In this document: positions 12,605 to 25,367 of the stretch, one piece after another
How the letters are laid out: the number at the start of each line of letters is the position of its first letter
Numbering within the stretch: the stretch's first letter is position 1
From: Stylophora pistillata
Lineage: Eukaryota
Direction: 5' to 3'
DNA length: 64,000 bases
Assembly: GCF_002571385.2 (NCBI RefSeq)
Contig: NW_019218016.1
Coordinates: 178,011 to 242,010, forward strand
Translations under genes and position numbers: made by a program
The notes under the pieces: generated by a model
The model's input: the letters and a program-made list of their open reading frames with translations, nothing else
The model's database searches: none
What the model was told of the DNA's origin: nothing

Positions 12605-15120
12605 AATACGGAGTTGAACGTGTTATTACGTCGACGTATTTCAAACAATTCCACAAGGCAACCTTCAGCCGACGAACAACCTTGAACCCCACACACGAAG
12701 AGCAGATAGTCTCAGATTGCGTCCGCGAAGGTTTCCTGCGTTCTTCCAAAGGCAAACAACCTAAAATATCCGGCAAATTTACCGTTTTTTTTCACCATTC
12801 AGCCATGTGGCTAGAGAGACCGAATCTTGACTCCGCAAGATCCTAGTAGCCATGCGCGGAGCAAGTGATCAGGACTGCAAATGGACCAATCAGCTTCGAG
12901 AAAAGAACAAAGAAAGGAAATAAATAAAAGCTTGTCTTTGGGTCAGTCACAGGCTGTACAAATATGAAAGAACTACCCGTGCTTAGATGAAACATTAAAG
13001 ACAAAATAATAGCGATACCTTCCATACCTGTTGTATTGGAAACGTGAAGCGATTGTCCCGACTCCCTTAACGCTCAAAAACGTGGGATACTCCAACCAAA
13101 CAAAAGAAATCAATTTCTCTGACGGTTTTTCTATTTACGAGACATTTACATCAAAGCGCTTCTTTAAAACAGTAGGTGAAAAGTTTGATTATCTCTCATG
13201 AATATTCATGACTGTTTTCCGACTGTTGAAAGCAGCTGTTTTAAACTCGAGAGTGTTTTCTCACCATATTATCTGAATTCTCCAAACCGGCACGGGTAGA
13301 TCGGCAAAGCATTTGAGTCAATCGTAAAGATTTATTGCAAATAAATATTCAAATAAGACACGCGAAAGAAAGAAAAAAAAAAACAGACTTAAGGCTAAAG
13401 TACACTATGATCTACTGGATGTCTTGATTTTTTATTATTGGTGAAAATTCAAACAAGTACAGTCAGTGAATAGCAAGGGCTCATTTAAATTTTGTCAGTC
13501 ATCGTTCTAATTTTAGCATCACATCCAGAGATACCCTATATACGCTAGGATATCACAACTCTCGTACCCAAGGCTCACTGTCAAAGAAAATATATATTTT
13601 AGTCTTTGCTTTTCCAGTTAAATTAATGAAAAGTTTTTTTGAAATTATCAAGAAAGCGTATTGCATCGAAGTTGTAGGATGAATAAAGTTTATATAATCT
13701 CACGTCAAGTCAGTCTTACTTAGCTGACTGCCCACGTAACAACGCTTGAGTAATGACACTAAATATCGGGCTGTATAAAAATTTACTTTTTCTACAAGCG
13801 GGGAGCTCATTCAGTCGCGTGGCCATTTCCCGGAAAATCATAGCTACTGGATCAAAGTTTCTGCTGACTCCTCTAAGATGAAGTAATGGCGTTTTTCATG
13901 TTTTAATATTCTTTGCTATTAAGTCTACTTATTTACGGTTAATCAGCATCTTAAGAATTGACGGTTGCGGTTTTCCGTCGGGGTGACCACGTTTATACTG
14001 ACGCAGTGCTCTTTTGTCTCACAATGTCATCATTTCCGATGGAAATCGCGACGTTTCGACTGCATATAGACATTGAGAGTCTTCTACAGGAGATAAGTTT
14101 GACTGGAAACGCGTCACCTAATAACCCATTAGGCTTACCTCTTACTAGCTAGTATTCAACAACTTTGATTGGTCCATTTCTACCATGCTATTAGAAAGCG
14201 GAGCTCGTAACGCGTGCGAAGGGCGCATCGCAACACCATAGTCTAGAAAAATTGGTAGCCTATCAGTAAGAGGCGGAAAATTTGGTAACCTACGACCCCA
14301 CTACCGACCGTATGTACAAGATGCTACTTTTAGCATGCGCGTCCAGCTCCATTGCGAGCATATTCACACTGCCGCGTTACTCTTGTTCAGCGGACGACTT
14401 GGATTTATTTTTTCTTCAAGCAATAAAATGGTTAAGACAAAGAATACAGGATTGTACATCCATAATTTTAGACTACTGTTCTGCGACATTTCGTGATGAG
14501 AACGCACTTTGTGACACCCTGCGCATTTCGTAATAACGGCTGCGGCAATTTGTTTGAGGTGTCCATTTCATTGGAAGTGAAGTTTAACCCTTGTTTGCAA
14601 GTAAGGCCAATACTATTTTTTTCTTATTTGTTTTTATGTTTTTGTGACGAAGTTGATGTTACTACAATTTGCGTCAAGGTGTTGTCACGCATTGCATAGA
14701 CCGACGATTACAATTACAAAATGCTGCAGCGCATAAGGCAAATTGCGAGGCTCGCCTTCATTACAAAATGCGCAAGTTATTAAAAAATGCCCCACCCGTT
14801 GTTAAAAACTACATAGATTATTGCAAAAAGCGTCCTTATTACAAAATGACGCAGAACAAACACCTTTAGATATTCGTAAGAAATCCTTCTCACATGTGTA
14901 CATAAGGATTATCTTTTCATTCCCTTCAAATTCTGTGTATTTTTACATAGCCCTACGCTCTCGCACGTACAACTACAAGGTTGTTGCTTCACCTTTTCAC
15001 TACAAGGATCAAAACCTCGTTTTTTCACACATTTCTTACAATATTACATGGGAGGATTTGGTTTTGGAGCAAATCATGTCATCTGTTTGATAGTTTTTGT
15101 ACTTTTCATCACCTATCTAC

Positions 15121-15313
15121 CACAGGTAACCCAGGCTCACTGCTTGTGTCACAAAACTTCGTGTACATATTAAAGACAACAAATCGCACAGGTACGTTTC
15201 ATTGATTTTTATTTCCATTATCAAACAAATTTCCAGACCTAAACTTGGCCCCATATGCTCTCTCTATTTAACCATGTGCATGTGACACAAACAGTGAGCC
15301 TGGATTACCTGTG
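15121..15313. mobile_element. MITE with ~33-bp TIRs and 7-bp TSD (P-element-like)
   Basis: CACAGGTAACCCAGGCTCACTGCTTGTGTCACA ... TGTGACACAAACAGTGAGCCTGGATTACCTGTG, flanked by TATCTAC on both sides. Confidence 0.85.
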
Positions 15314-16806
15314 TATCTACTTGAAAATGTAACGACATTGTAAGGAGAAATTCATTTTTGGTCACTCTGGGACCGCAAGGGCTAACTAATAATGGCTTTC
15401 TTCCCTTACCCGACCTCTTTCAGAGCTAAATCTCTAATTTATCCTAAACTAAAGCCGAGCTATTATAAAAGTATGATTTACAATCAAATCCCCAACTATC
15501 AAATTACCCTGAAGCCTCGAATAAGAACTCCCCTTGAATAGGCGCCCCTTCAAATATGGGCCCCCCCTTCTGGTCCTCTAATCACATGCACGGTTGTCTA
15601 ATGTACTTTTAAGAGGCTGGGTCACCTAACACATTAAAATTTCAACTGACCATTAGCCATGGAATATGCTCAAGGACCATCAAAACAGCTCAGACCAAAA
15701 AAACTCTCATAATTAATTTACCTAATCTGTGCTATTTTATTACTTAATGCTATTATTAATGTCAAAAAATGGTTAGATATTCTAGTCTTCTCGGATAGGG
15801 ACAAATAAATGGAGGTCCTTTCTCCTGCAGGGTTGGGGTAGGAGACGTTAATTTCCCACACACGAGATTACTGTGTGGTGGATGTCCTCCCCTGGGGTGG
15901 GATGGGTGGGAGGGTGGACTAGCACAAATGGTTCCTATGTTCCTTTCTAGTCCTTCCCCACTGCAAATAATGCAGTGAAAATGGACTAAATTCAATTAAA
16001 ATTAAATTAAATTATTACTTTCCAGATTAGTTAGGAGAATTTTGTAATATCCAGATGGTGCTCCTAAACAAACAAGAATTGTCTATTTCCCCATCTTGTT
16101 GACAAGACAATGTATTAATCACATAAGGTGAGGTGGCAATAAAAATTTGAAACATAATTTATTGTAAGCAAACAGAGGTAAGAATAGGAGAATTTGGAAG
16201 CTGAAAAGCAAGTTCACTTGGAAAAACAAAACACAATATTTCTTCTGATTAATATCATTCATATTGTATAAAAGTTAACGGAAAGTCTGCTCTTAAGCAC
16301 AGTAGTACACCCAAATCTGTGCAGCATCCCCTTGAATGCAACACTGGTTCATCAACCCTTCCAGTATTTCATCACCTTTCCCTGACAGTTCACCAGAACT
16401 AATTTACATCTCTAAGTAAAAAGAGGTACTGTAAAGTATCAAGCACAAGAACATGCCACAGATCTTGCCAGGGATTAAACCTGAATTTCTGGCTCAAAGT
16501 CCAGCTAAACCATTTGTCCAACATATCCCCCACTATCAGAAATGACCTTTCTTCCTTACTTGACTAGTATTTTGATAAAGTAGACTGTTTGCTATCTTAA
16601 TTCTAAGTTTAGTGCTCACAATTAAAAACAAACAAAGGAACAACAAAACAAAATTAAGACTAAAAAGCTGAATGCAATAACTGAGCCTTTTCCTCTTGTC
16701 TACATTGCCACCCACCTTCATGATTATTTTGATTATCTAAATTATGACTAAATGTAATAAATTGGAAATTTTCTTTCTACGTACATGATTTTACAATGCT
16801 AATATT

Positions 16807-16980
16807 CAGGGTTGTCCCCCCAAGCACCTGCTGCCAGCACAATTGGCTAGCAATCACTAGGCAGAGCACAACAGGTACTTCTGACATTGCGCACCTACAG
16901 TTGTTTGATACTTAACACTATCTTTGAACTGCATCACTTGAAATTTCAGCCACCGGCATAATTTCGTAGCTACAACCCTG
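16807..16980. mobile_element. Putative old hAT-like MITE overlapping the sGC beta stop codon
   Basis: Perfect 9-bp TIR CAGGGTTGT / ACAACCCTG; TSD not recognisable. Confidence 0.5.
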
Positions 16981-19900
16981 AGCATGTCACTGTCCTAAGC
17001 ACGTCCCTGTGTTCCTTCCTCTGTAAGATGTATGTTATCATTGGTTCTGGTTTTCCCTTCATAGTAACAGGTCCTCGCTTTTTGAACACAAAGTGATCAT
17101 GTGGCTGGCACAGCAGTGACCTGAAGTCAAACAAAGTCACAAATTGCAATCAATGAATAACCTCTTCACTCCCAAGGTATAAAGACCAATTTTCACTGCT
17201 GTCTGCCATCAACATGTAACTTACCATCCAAATTTCAGTTCATTATGAATTCAATAATCATGGCTGTTGACAAAGGAAGGGGTCAGGAAAGGCCAAATCC
17301 CTGTGGATGGAATCCCTGGGAGGGGTATCCCTGAGGAGTGAATTCAATAATTGCAGCTGGTGACTGAGAAGGGGGAGAGAAAGGCCAAATCCCTGTGAAA
17401 GGAATCCCTTGGAGGGGGATCCCTGAGGGGTGGATTCAATAATTACAGCTAGTGACTGAGGAGGGGGAGAGAAAGGCCAAATCCCTGTGGATGGAATCCC
17501 TGGGAGTGGATTCAGTAATTAGGGACCGAGGAGGGAGGAGGGAAAGGCCAAAATCCCCAAGGGTGGTATCCCTTGGGGTGGTATCCCATGGGGTGGTTTC
17601 TCTGAAGGTGACTAAGGAAGGAGAAGTGAAAGGCCAAATTCCCTGGGGGTTGTATCCCTGAGGAAGATGGCCAAAACTTGGGGGAGGATGTAAGGCCTCT
17701 GGAGACAACAAATGAGTTGGTTGGCCCATAAGGGTCATGGAAAAACAAAATCATCTCGACCCATTTCACCTAATCAGTGACACACCTGTAGGCATATTCT
17801 GTCACATTTATCTTTCCTCGCAGTCCAGTAGTTTCTGTACGACTTGTCAGGTTGACAGTGTTTCCAAATAGGCAGTAACGGGGTTTCTTCTGTCCAACAA
17901 CGCCAGCAACAACCTCTCCAGAATGAATGCCAACTGTGATCTAACACAGGAAAAGCACATCTCTCAGAGTTCACACTATAGTTTTTGTTTTAAAAAAATA
18001 ATAATAATTACATTTTTTTTAGCCCAAATTCCATGTTAATACGATCAAATCTAAAGCCTTTTAAGGACTTTTTAATACCTGCATCTTTCTCCCTTGTGCA
18101 TTCACTTCCTGAACAATGTCGATCATGTCAAGAGCAAGATTTGCAATGTTTGCAGTGTGATTTGTGCACTTTGTTGGTAAGCCACTCACAGCCATGTATT
18201 TGTCTCCAACTGTCTCAACCTGTAAAATGAGTGTAAGGTGCAGTAAGGTAAGGTAAGGTTAGGACTACACATCAACAGAGCTGCCCACAGAAGAAAACAA
18301 AAGGAACAAATCTGTCCTTGAGAGTCCATCACAGGTCCCCCGCTCCTCTCTCCTCCTGGAGAAACCAGGTTGTACTCCTGGGTGGAGAGAGGCACTTAGA
18401 AGAAATTGTGTCGCACAAGAAAACAGCATGATGACCTAGCCTGGTCTCAACCCAAGCTTCTTAGTCCAGAGTTGAGCCTGCCAACCACAAGGGCAGCACC
18501 TCTCCTTCAGAGTGGCCAAAAGAGCTGAAGAGCACTTTTCCTTCCCCAGCAATAAAATGACTCAGAGTATTGCTTTGCCTCCTCAATGAGGTCACAGGTC
18601 CATCTCAGATTGTCCTCTCATCTTTCATTTAGTTTCATAATATTTCTTTCATACCTATTCATATTCTGTGCTTTAAATAGGCAACACGTCCCGCAAAATG
18701 ATACAATACAATAACCATGGCAGGGGCTTCAAAACAGCCTCTCGCTCACTTGCTAACCGGTTCTCTCGCATACTAAGGGTAGGGTAGCATCTTCCCAAAA
18801 TTGGCTCTATTTTTTTAAAAGAGACATTTCAACTAAAATAGCAAGTATGCCTGTTCTCCCAGAATGTTGTTGATATTGTAATATTATACCTTAAAAACTT
18901 CATTGTTCTTGTCTGCCAGAGCATCAAATCTGATATATGTGTCATTCAAAAGTTCCACGATTTCCATAGGTTCGCTGCTCTGATTACAATAATTTGTAAA
19001 ATCCACAATACCACTGAACATAATTGTCACAATCTCATATTTTTTGGCCATCACTGGTCGCTTCAGTCTGAGGTCATTTGCAACTGATGACGGTAAGATG
19101 CTGTAGAGGAGTCTATCAGTGAGCTGCTGCTCCTGCTGCAGTTCACGTGAGGTCTGCTGAAGCTTGTCAGTCAGTATCTCAAGTCGCTGAGACAGACGTG
19201 ATTCTGCATTATGCTGTTCAGAGAGTAGAATGAGATCCCTTGTGGCATCATGAATTGGAATGTCACTGAGGTACAAACCTATCACATAAATAAAAACAAG
19301 TATCAATAATTGAATTCACATGGGTTGTCATGGGGACCAGATGCCACTAAAAATTACTTGACAAGAATGATAACAAGATTCTCCTTCTCATTTAGTAGAC
19401 AGCAGTCTTCACCCTCAGCGAACCTGAGCCTTGGTGAATAACTTAAAATACTATAAAAAAAGAGTATAACAACTTTGGAAGATAATTTATATTTTGATGA
19501 TGGGGGATATGGGTTTACAGAACTTGAGCAATCCCTCCTTTTCAAAAAAGTCTGTTGTATAAGTAATTGAGATGTAACCAACTCAAAAGACAGACAGGGC
19601 TTGACACTAACAGTAGCTTGACACTAACAGTAGCTTGACAGGGCTTGACACTAGCCACAGACTAGTAGAAATTCAGTTTTGGCTAATGGTTTTTGCTTTC
19701 CACCAGCCAGTTTGGCTAGTAAACAAACTGAAATTGTTGTAACATCTAAGTTGTCACCTGCCACTTGGCTAGTAAGTTGAAAAGTTAGTGTTGTGCCCTG
19801 ACAGACTTGGCTGAAAAGGAGGGAGTGCTCAAAGTCTAATGGGTTTATGTGAAGTGAATCATACCAATTTCATTGAGACCATCCAAATTGAGAACACTTG

Positions 19901-22355
19901 GAGAACATAGGAACATAATGCTATCACATTCGGGAAGGTACATCATTTGACCACGAAATCTCATTGTAGGAAAATCCAAGGTACCCACATCATCTTCAGA
20001 AACTGTTGTCAAGGTAGCAGAGTCTAGAAGTCCTTCTTTTGTTTTAACAACATACACCTTATTGATAAATTGCAAAATATTATCAAATGTCAGCGAAATG
20101 TGTGGACGAATACATTCAAACATTTCACCCACTTTAGTTTCACCAACTTTAATAGAGGGTAAAACTCGCAGCAACGAAATTCCAGCTTGGTAAATAACCA
20201 TTTCATTGTCAAAGAGAATGTGAAAGGGACATGCTTGGCAGAAAGTCTGGCTACTGATGCGAGACCCCAATGTAACAAGCTCCAACTTCTGTTCAATCTT
20301 TTGAATCTGCTCGTCATGTTGTTTCAGATGTATCATATCTTCATAGTTCTCAGGTGTAACAATAATCTTTGACCAAGTCTTCTCCTGGTTTGTAGGCACA
20401 GCTACCTCAATGTTCACCTTGGTGTTGTAAACCTCTCTTGCCACTGCTTTCACAACACCCACAACCATATACTCAAGCCCTGACCTTTCAGAATAATAAA
20501 GGATTTCTAACCCATTGCCATCAGGATTATCTTTGGCGTGAAATGAAGGTGCCCGCATACCAGGGAAAATATACAACAGATGCTCATGCAGAGCATCCAG
20601 ACTGTTGAAAAAGTCCTTGAGGTTGCTTCCAAGACTGTCCAACATTTTTTCATAGCCAGAGTTTTGGCAGTACTCGAAGAATATTTCCCCAAATTTCTCC
20701 AAGATCACATTGTGCGATAACCCTAATACAGATTGGTGTTTCAAATTAGTTATCTTGAAAAGTAAAGTTTGTTGACTAAAATTTATGTACGAGTCACTGT
20801 GTGGATATTAAATGACCTAAAATCCTAGGGGAGTGGGTGAGGGAGGAAGAAGGAATTAAGGTATTATACAGAAGGTGATAACTAGAAAAGTATCATCCAA
20901 GGGATATTGTCAGATTTAAAAACCAAATTCCAAAGGTATCCACTGCCAAGATCTCATTCTCAATTCTCTTGGCTGTCAGTCATACATCTCTACTAATTTA
21001 GTATCTGATGCTCCTTAAAACAAAAAGAATACACTTAAATCGAAAAAAGAATAAGTTGTTTGGCAGCCATAAGAGTCAAAACCAATTAAAAGAGGTCCTT
21101 TAAAGATTATCTGTCAGAAAAACACAGATTGTCTTTTCCTGTGTGCAAAAGGTATTTTGCATCTAAAGTAGCTGTTAATGCCAGTGTCAATTTGAATAAC
21201 CTATTGTAGACGTGTCAAAATCAATCTGGTGCAATTGTCAAAATTGTTATCACCTAAGTTGTGGAAGAGAAAGACAAATCCCTCTTCGAGATAATGCACT
21301 AAAGTTCTTGCTCGATGATATTTTTTCAATGTACTGTGGCAACTTGCGGCATTGTTTACAAGCATGCAAAAGTACCTTGATGCAGTCAAAACGAATTAAA
21401 GGCTTGATCGTATTAGTCTTTGTAAGACTAATTTTTGATTTGCACACGGCAGAATTCATCTGGATTCTTACTTCTTTATCATTACCAATAAAAGCTGACC
21501 TTTTTTAAAAGTTTTGTCAAAAGAGTTTATCGAAATCTAACTGAATCACTTTTAGAATACGTACTATACAGTTATGGTTCATGAAGTTGCAAAGCAAGCC
21601 CTTCACGAAACAAAAACGAAATATAAACATAAAATGAATTTGCCCCTCGGTCCAGTTAACGTTAAAAATTTTATTTTTCACATAGTTAAAACTTGTCATA
21701 AGAAGTCATATCGGCTTATAAAATACTTGCTGTCTAAATCCGCGAACGAAACTGCCAAATGGTGATTTCGTGCAATTGCTTTTAATTCGTTGTCACATTC
21801 AGAACTAAACCATTCCACAAAGGCATAAATAAATACAAATAATACCGCAATTTCTAACGCGTCGACCGGCATTTATCGATATTTAGCTTCTTCAGAAATC
21901 GAGGGGCATCTATATAACCACAGATCCGAAGACAGGTAATATTGGAAACCCAACTGTGACCGTAACAGTAAGCTAATACAAGTACAAAATGTAAACTCAC
22001 CGAGAACTTCCGAAGCGACTCTTAACAGGTCAAATGTATTTTGATCATCATATATTCGCCGTTGATTGAATTCTCCTGTTTCTCCTAAATCGATATTTGC
22101 TTTCTTCCTAAGGAGATAAAGATTAAGAGCAATCGATAACATTTCAGCTAAATTCTGGATTTTATTAATGGATACACGAGCAATACCGTTTTCCCTTCGC
22201 GCGAGATGCATCGCTTACGCGCTTCAAAGCTGATAACAAAAATTAATAAACAAACGAAATATGTTTCATTATACATACAATATTTCTTCCCAAGTTCCGA
22301 AGCTGCTCTCTCGCAATACCAAATCTTGCAAAGCTTGGTTTACAAAGCCATACAT
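16970..22355 (-). CDS. GUCY1B1: Soluble guanylate cyclase beta1-like subunit (H-NOX, PAS, coiled coil, cyclase), ~625 aa
   Basis: Exons 22355-22279 ([13 protein letters not shown]), 22107-22001, 20722-19865 ([13 protein letters not shown]), 19278-18890 ([10 protein letters not shown]), 18219-18079 (VETVGDKY), 17940-17786 ([20 protein letters not shown]), 17120-16970 (RGPVTMKGK). Total 1878 nt, in frame. FSG, GDKY and NLTSRTE are beta1 signatures. Confidence 0.93.
17270..17660. repeat. Diverged G-rich tandem repeat (~90-110 bp unit, ~5 copies) in the last sGC-beta intron
   Basis: Recurrent GAAAGGCCAAATCCCTGTGGATGGAATCCCTGGG motif. Confidence 0.8.
19595..19800. mobile_element. CAGGG-terminated MITE; second copy at 50445-50635
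   Basis: CAGGGCTTGACACTAAC ... GTTAGTGTTGTGCCCTG; the two copies share an internal body. Confidence 0.8.
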
Positions 22356-25300
22356 GGTCACAGTTCTTCAGGACGCCAGAGGAAGATGAACACAACCAGT
22401 GCAGTCGATGGGTACTCGTATTGACACCAAACAATTTCTGGTATCAGCGCACAAATAATAAACGTCCAACATAAATGTCACCTACTTTGCATAATAATGT
22501 TCATTCCCATCAAATACATATCGTTACGATTGGTTCAGACTTACGTATCCGTTAAGATAAGCTTACCTGGAGAGAATAAAATCAACTGATATCGCCAAAA
22601 AAATGACACTTTTAACCGATATTTTTATTAGCTGATCAAACCTCACATTTCCCTAATTGGCCAAGCGCCAAAAAGATGGTATGGCGGGAATCTGCTAGAA
22701 AATAAACACTCACTTCAATCGACCTCTGTGTCATATCGCATTTGACCATCTTTTAAGTTAATTTTTGAGTCCACCTTTACATTAAACAACATTGTACCTT
22801 AAAAAACAAAACAAAACAAAACAAAAAGGCACTGTCACGCGAAAATGAGGGTCAAGGTAGATAACAACAAACTCTTAAGGGGTGGGGTAGGAGAGTTAAA
22901 ATCCAGCGCAAAGATCAATGCGGTGAGAACAAACGAACTGCTCAAATTTATCGGGCGATATGGAAAGGCGCAGAAGGAAATCACGTTACAGCCGCCTTTG
23001 TGCACTGATAGAGCCCAGCTGTTCCAAGATTCGGTCCGTAAACAACTGCGAGATCCCCATCTTGTTTTCCTTACCTCAGACCTCCTCTACGCTGTATCGC
23101 ATATCCCGATACTGTATGTTTTTTCTCCGTTTTCAAAAAGCATTCGCACTCACACGTGGCATATTCGAATCGATTTGGTCTCGCCACACTTTCCTGCTGT
23201 AGGGGAGAACAATCACCCTGGTAACCGTTTTCCGGCGTACCGGCCGGCGTTTTTCACATGACTTCGGCCAAGTTTTTAAAGCATTCAAGAGCAAACATAT
23301 CGTTCACAAAGCAGGCCAGTTTAGTCACTTAGGTTCAAATGTCAGTCAAACCCCTCTTTTGCAAACCTTTGGGAATCCTTATGGAGCCACAAAATGTGGC
23401 TGTGCGAATTACTTGAGGGGTGATAAACAATGAACTAGATCATGTATGTTTACACGAGGTATACATTGTCTGGAGGTTGAGGGAGGGGATAGGGGTGGAG
23501 GGCAATAAGTTGCCAATTTACCCAAAAGACTGTTTCAAAATTAATTGACAAATATATGTTTGACATGTGTTTGATATGTGACCAGACGTAAAGTCAGAAC
23601 AATGCGTTACTGTAAGGTTAGATTGCTTATCCAAACTACTGAGCAATTTTATTTCATGTTAGAGTCGAAAGTAACCTGGGATTAGCTTTTAGATTGGTTT
23701 TGCTTACTTTGCTCTGTGATTGGTCCAGAAAACACTCACCATTCTCTTGACCAATCAGATGTAGAACTAACACCAATCACAACTTGATTTCCCGCCTTTT
23801 TCCCGCGCTTTAGACGGTTTGCTTGTTTTTACTTCCGAGTTCTCATTGGCTCTTCAGGATATTTTCCCTTCCTATGATTGGCCGGTGTAATTTTTTTCGG
23901 GTTTTGGTTTTACGACAATCTATCCATAGGCGCTCGGGACCGTATTTACAAAATAATAAAAACAAAAAAGAAAGAAACTTCAGTCACAACTTTTGTTAAG
24001 ATATTGTAATCTTAATGGAGGTTTCAATATTTTCAGTTTTTTCAAGGTTAGAGATTTCAATAACCCGCGACAACGGGAGGAAAAGTATCTGGTAATCTTG
24101 AAACACACGTATTGATTTGCCTTTCATTGAAAAAATGTCTATAAGGGAATCTAAACGAGAGAAAGAATCATTTTCTCACATACTTCAGTAACAACTGAAG
24201 GAAATAAGTGTATGCTTACTCTTTGACAGTTAAAAAAATAGCTTTAGCCATTTGGATATTGCTGGGATACATTTGCATTTACAGAGGCCTAGATTCTAGT
24301 ACTATTTACACTGGATAAATTACATATGATTTTGGCCAAGAGTTACCGTATTTGCCTATACTCCTGACGCTTCAAGAAGTGATTGAAACCAAGCTTTTCC
24401 TTATAATATGAATGCAACGTCCACCTATAGGGTGACGAGAAAAGACGTATTTATCAACTAGATGGTGTTGAATTTGATACAACACCAAACCCTACAATAA
24501 ATTGAAACTGTATTGCAACCAAAAGAATTGCCAAAAAATAATCATTTCAGAAGATCTGTCAAGTTGCTTCAAAAATTTGATTCTACAACGATGCAAAGCA
24601 TATTTATGGTCATGTTTTTTTCAGTACTTAGTAAGTTTTATAATTTTTCAAGTGATCTCACCTCTCAATAAATCTGTTAAAAATGAATTCTAACTAAAGT
24701 AACTGTGGTGTAAGCTCAAACAAACTGTCTGTCCAGACAGGAGGTCATGATTCACGAGGCTTGCACAAATCGTCGCTTGGCAGAGTATTAGAATTTTTTA
24801 CACAACTTTCATGAAAAGTTGTGGATTATTGTAAACTTTTCAGCTAAATTTTTAAAACATTTCGTTCGTTTTTCTCCTGTAAAAACCTAATGAGCCTATA
24901 CAGTGTCAGTTTAGGTAGCCCGCCTAGATTAGCTTTGCTAACTGCGGGCTACAAAGGCCTTTATTTCTGCAATTTCAAAAATAAAGTCAATGTTGTTGTA
25001 TGTTGTTGTTAATGATTCGAAAATATGATTTTTGCGAAATAATGGCAACTGGTTGTGTTTAAAGTCTTAAAACCTTTGATGAGCTACTAATTCTCTAATA
25101 GAGTTTTCAACACAGAAACAATATTACCTCTTCCTTGTGTCGAATTCTTGTCTTAAAACTTATTTAAACGTATTTACATCCTATGTGCAGGAGCATTTCC
25201 TTGGGAGCCCCACAAATTGGGGGGAACGCCCGATACCTCTCGGCCTTAACTTTCTCAAGAAAAAAAGTAAACATCCACAAAAGACATTAAAGAGTATCCT

Positions 25301-25367
25301 GTTCTTAATCTTCCCTAAACTCATTTATCCTTATGAGGGGGACTGGGTATTAGCCATAACACCTCAG

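Noticed and set aside
12760-12820. Possible TOP-like start, 4-codon uORF (MAEW) and 5'UTR intron in LARP1
   Set aside because: The TSS is unknown and the implied intron would be only 22 nt; unsupported.
13958-15090. Cluster of short plus-strand ORFs divergent from LARP1
   Set aside because: No coherent splice model or recognisable motifs; probably a decayed repeat or non-coding sequence.
22845-23261. 138-aa ORF upstream of sGC beta
   Set aside because: No domain similarity; it partly overlaps what looks like a degenerate Harbinger-type MITE fragment (~23085-23190).
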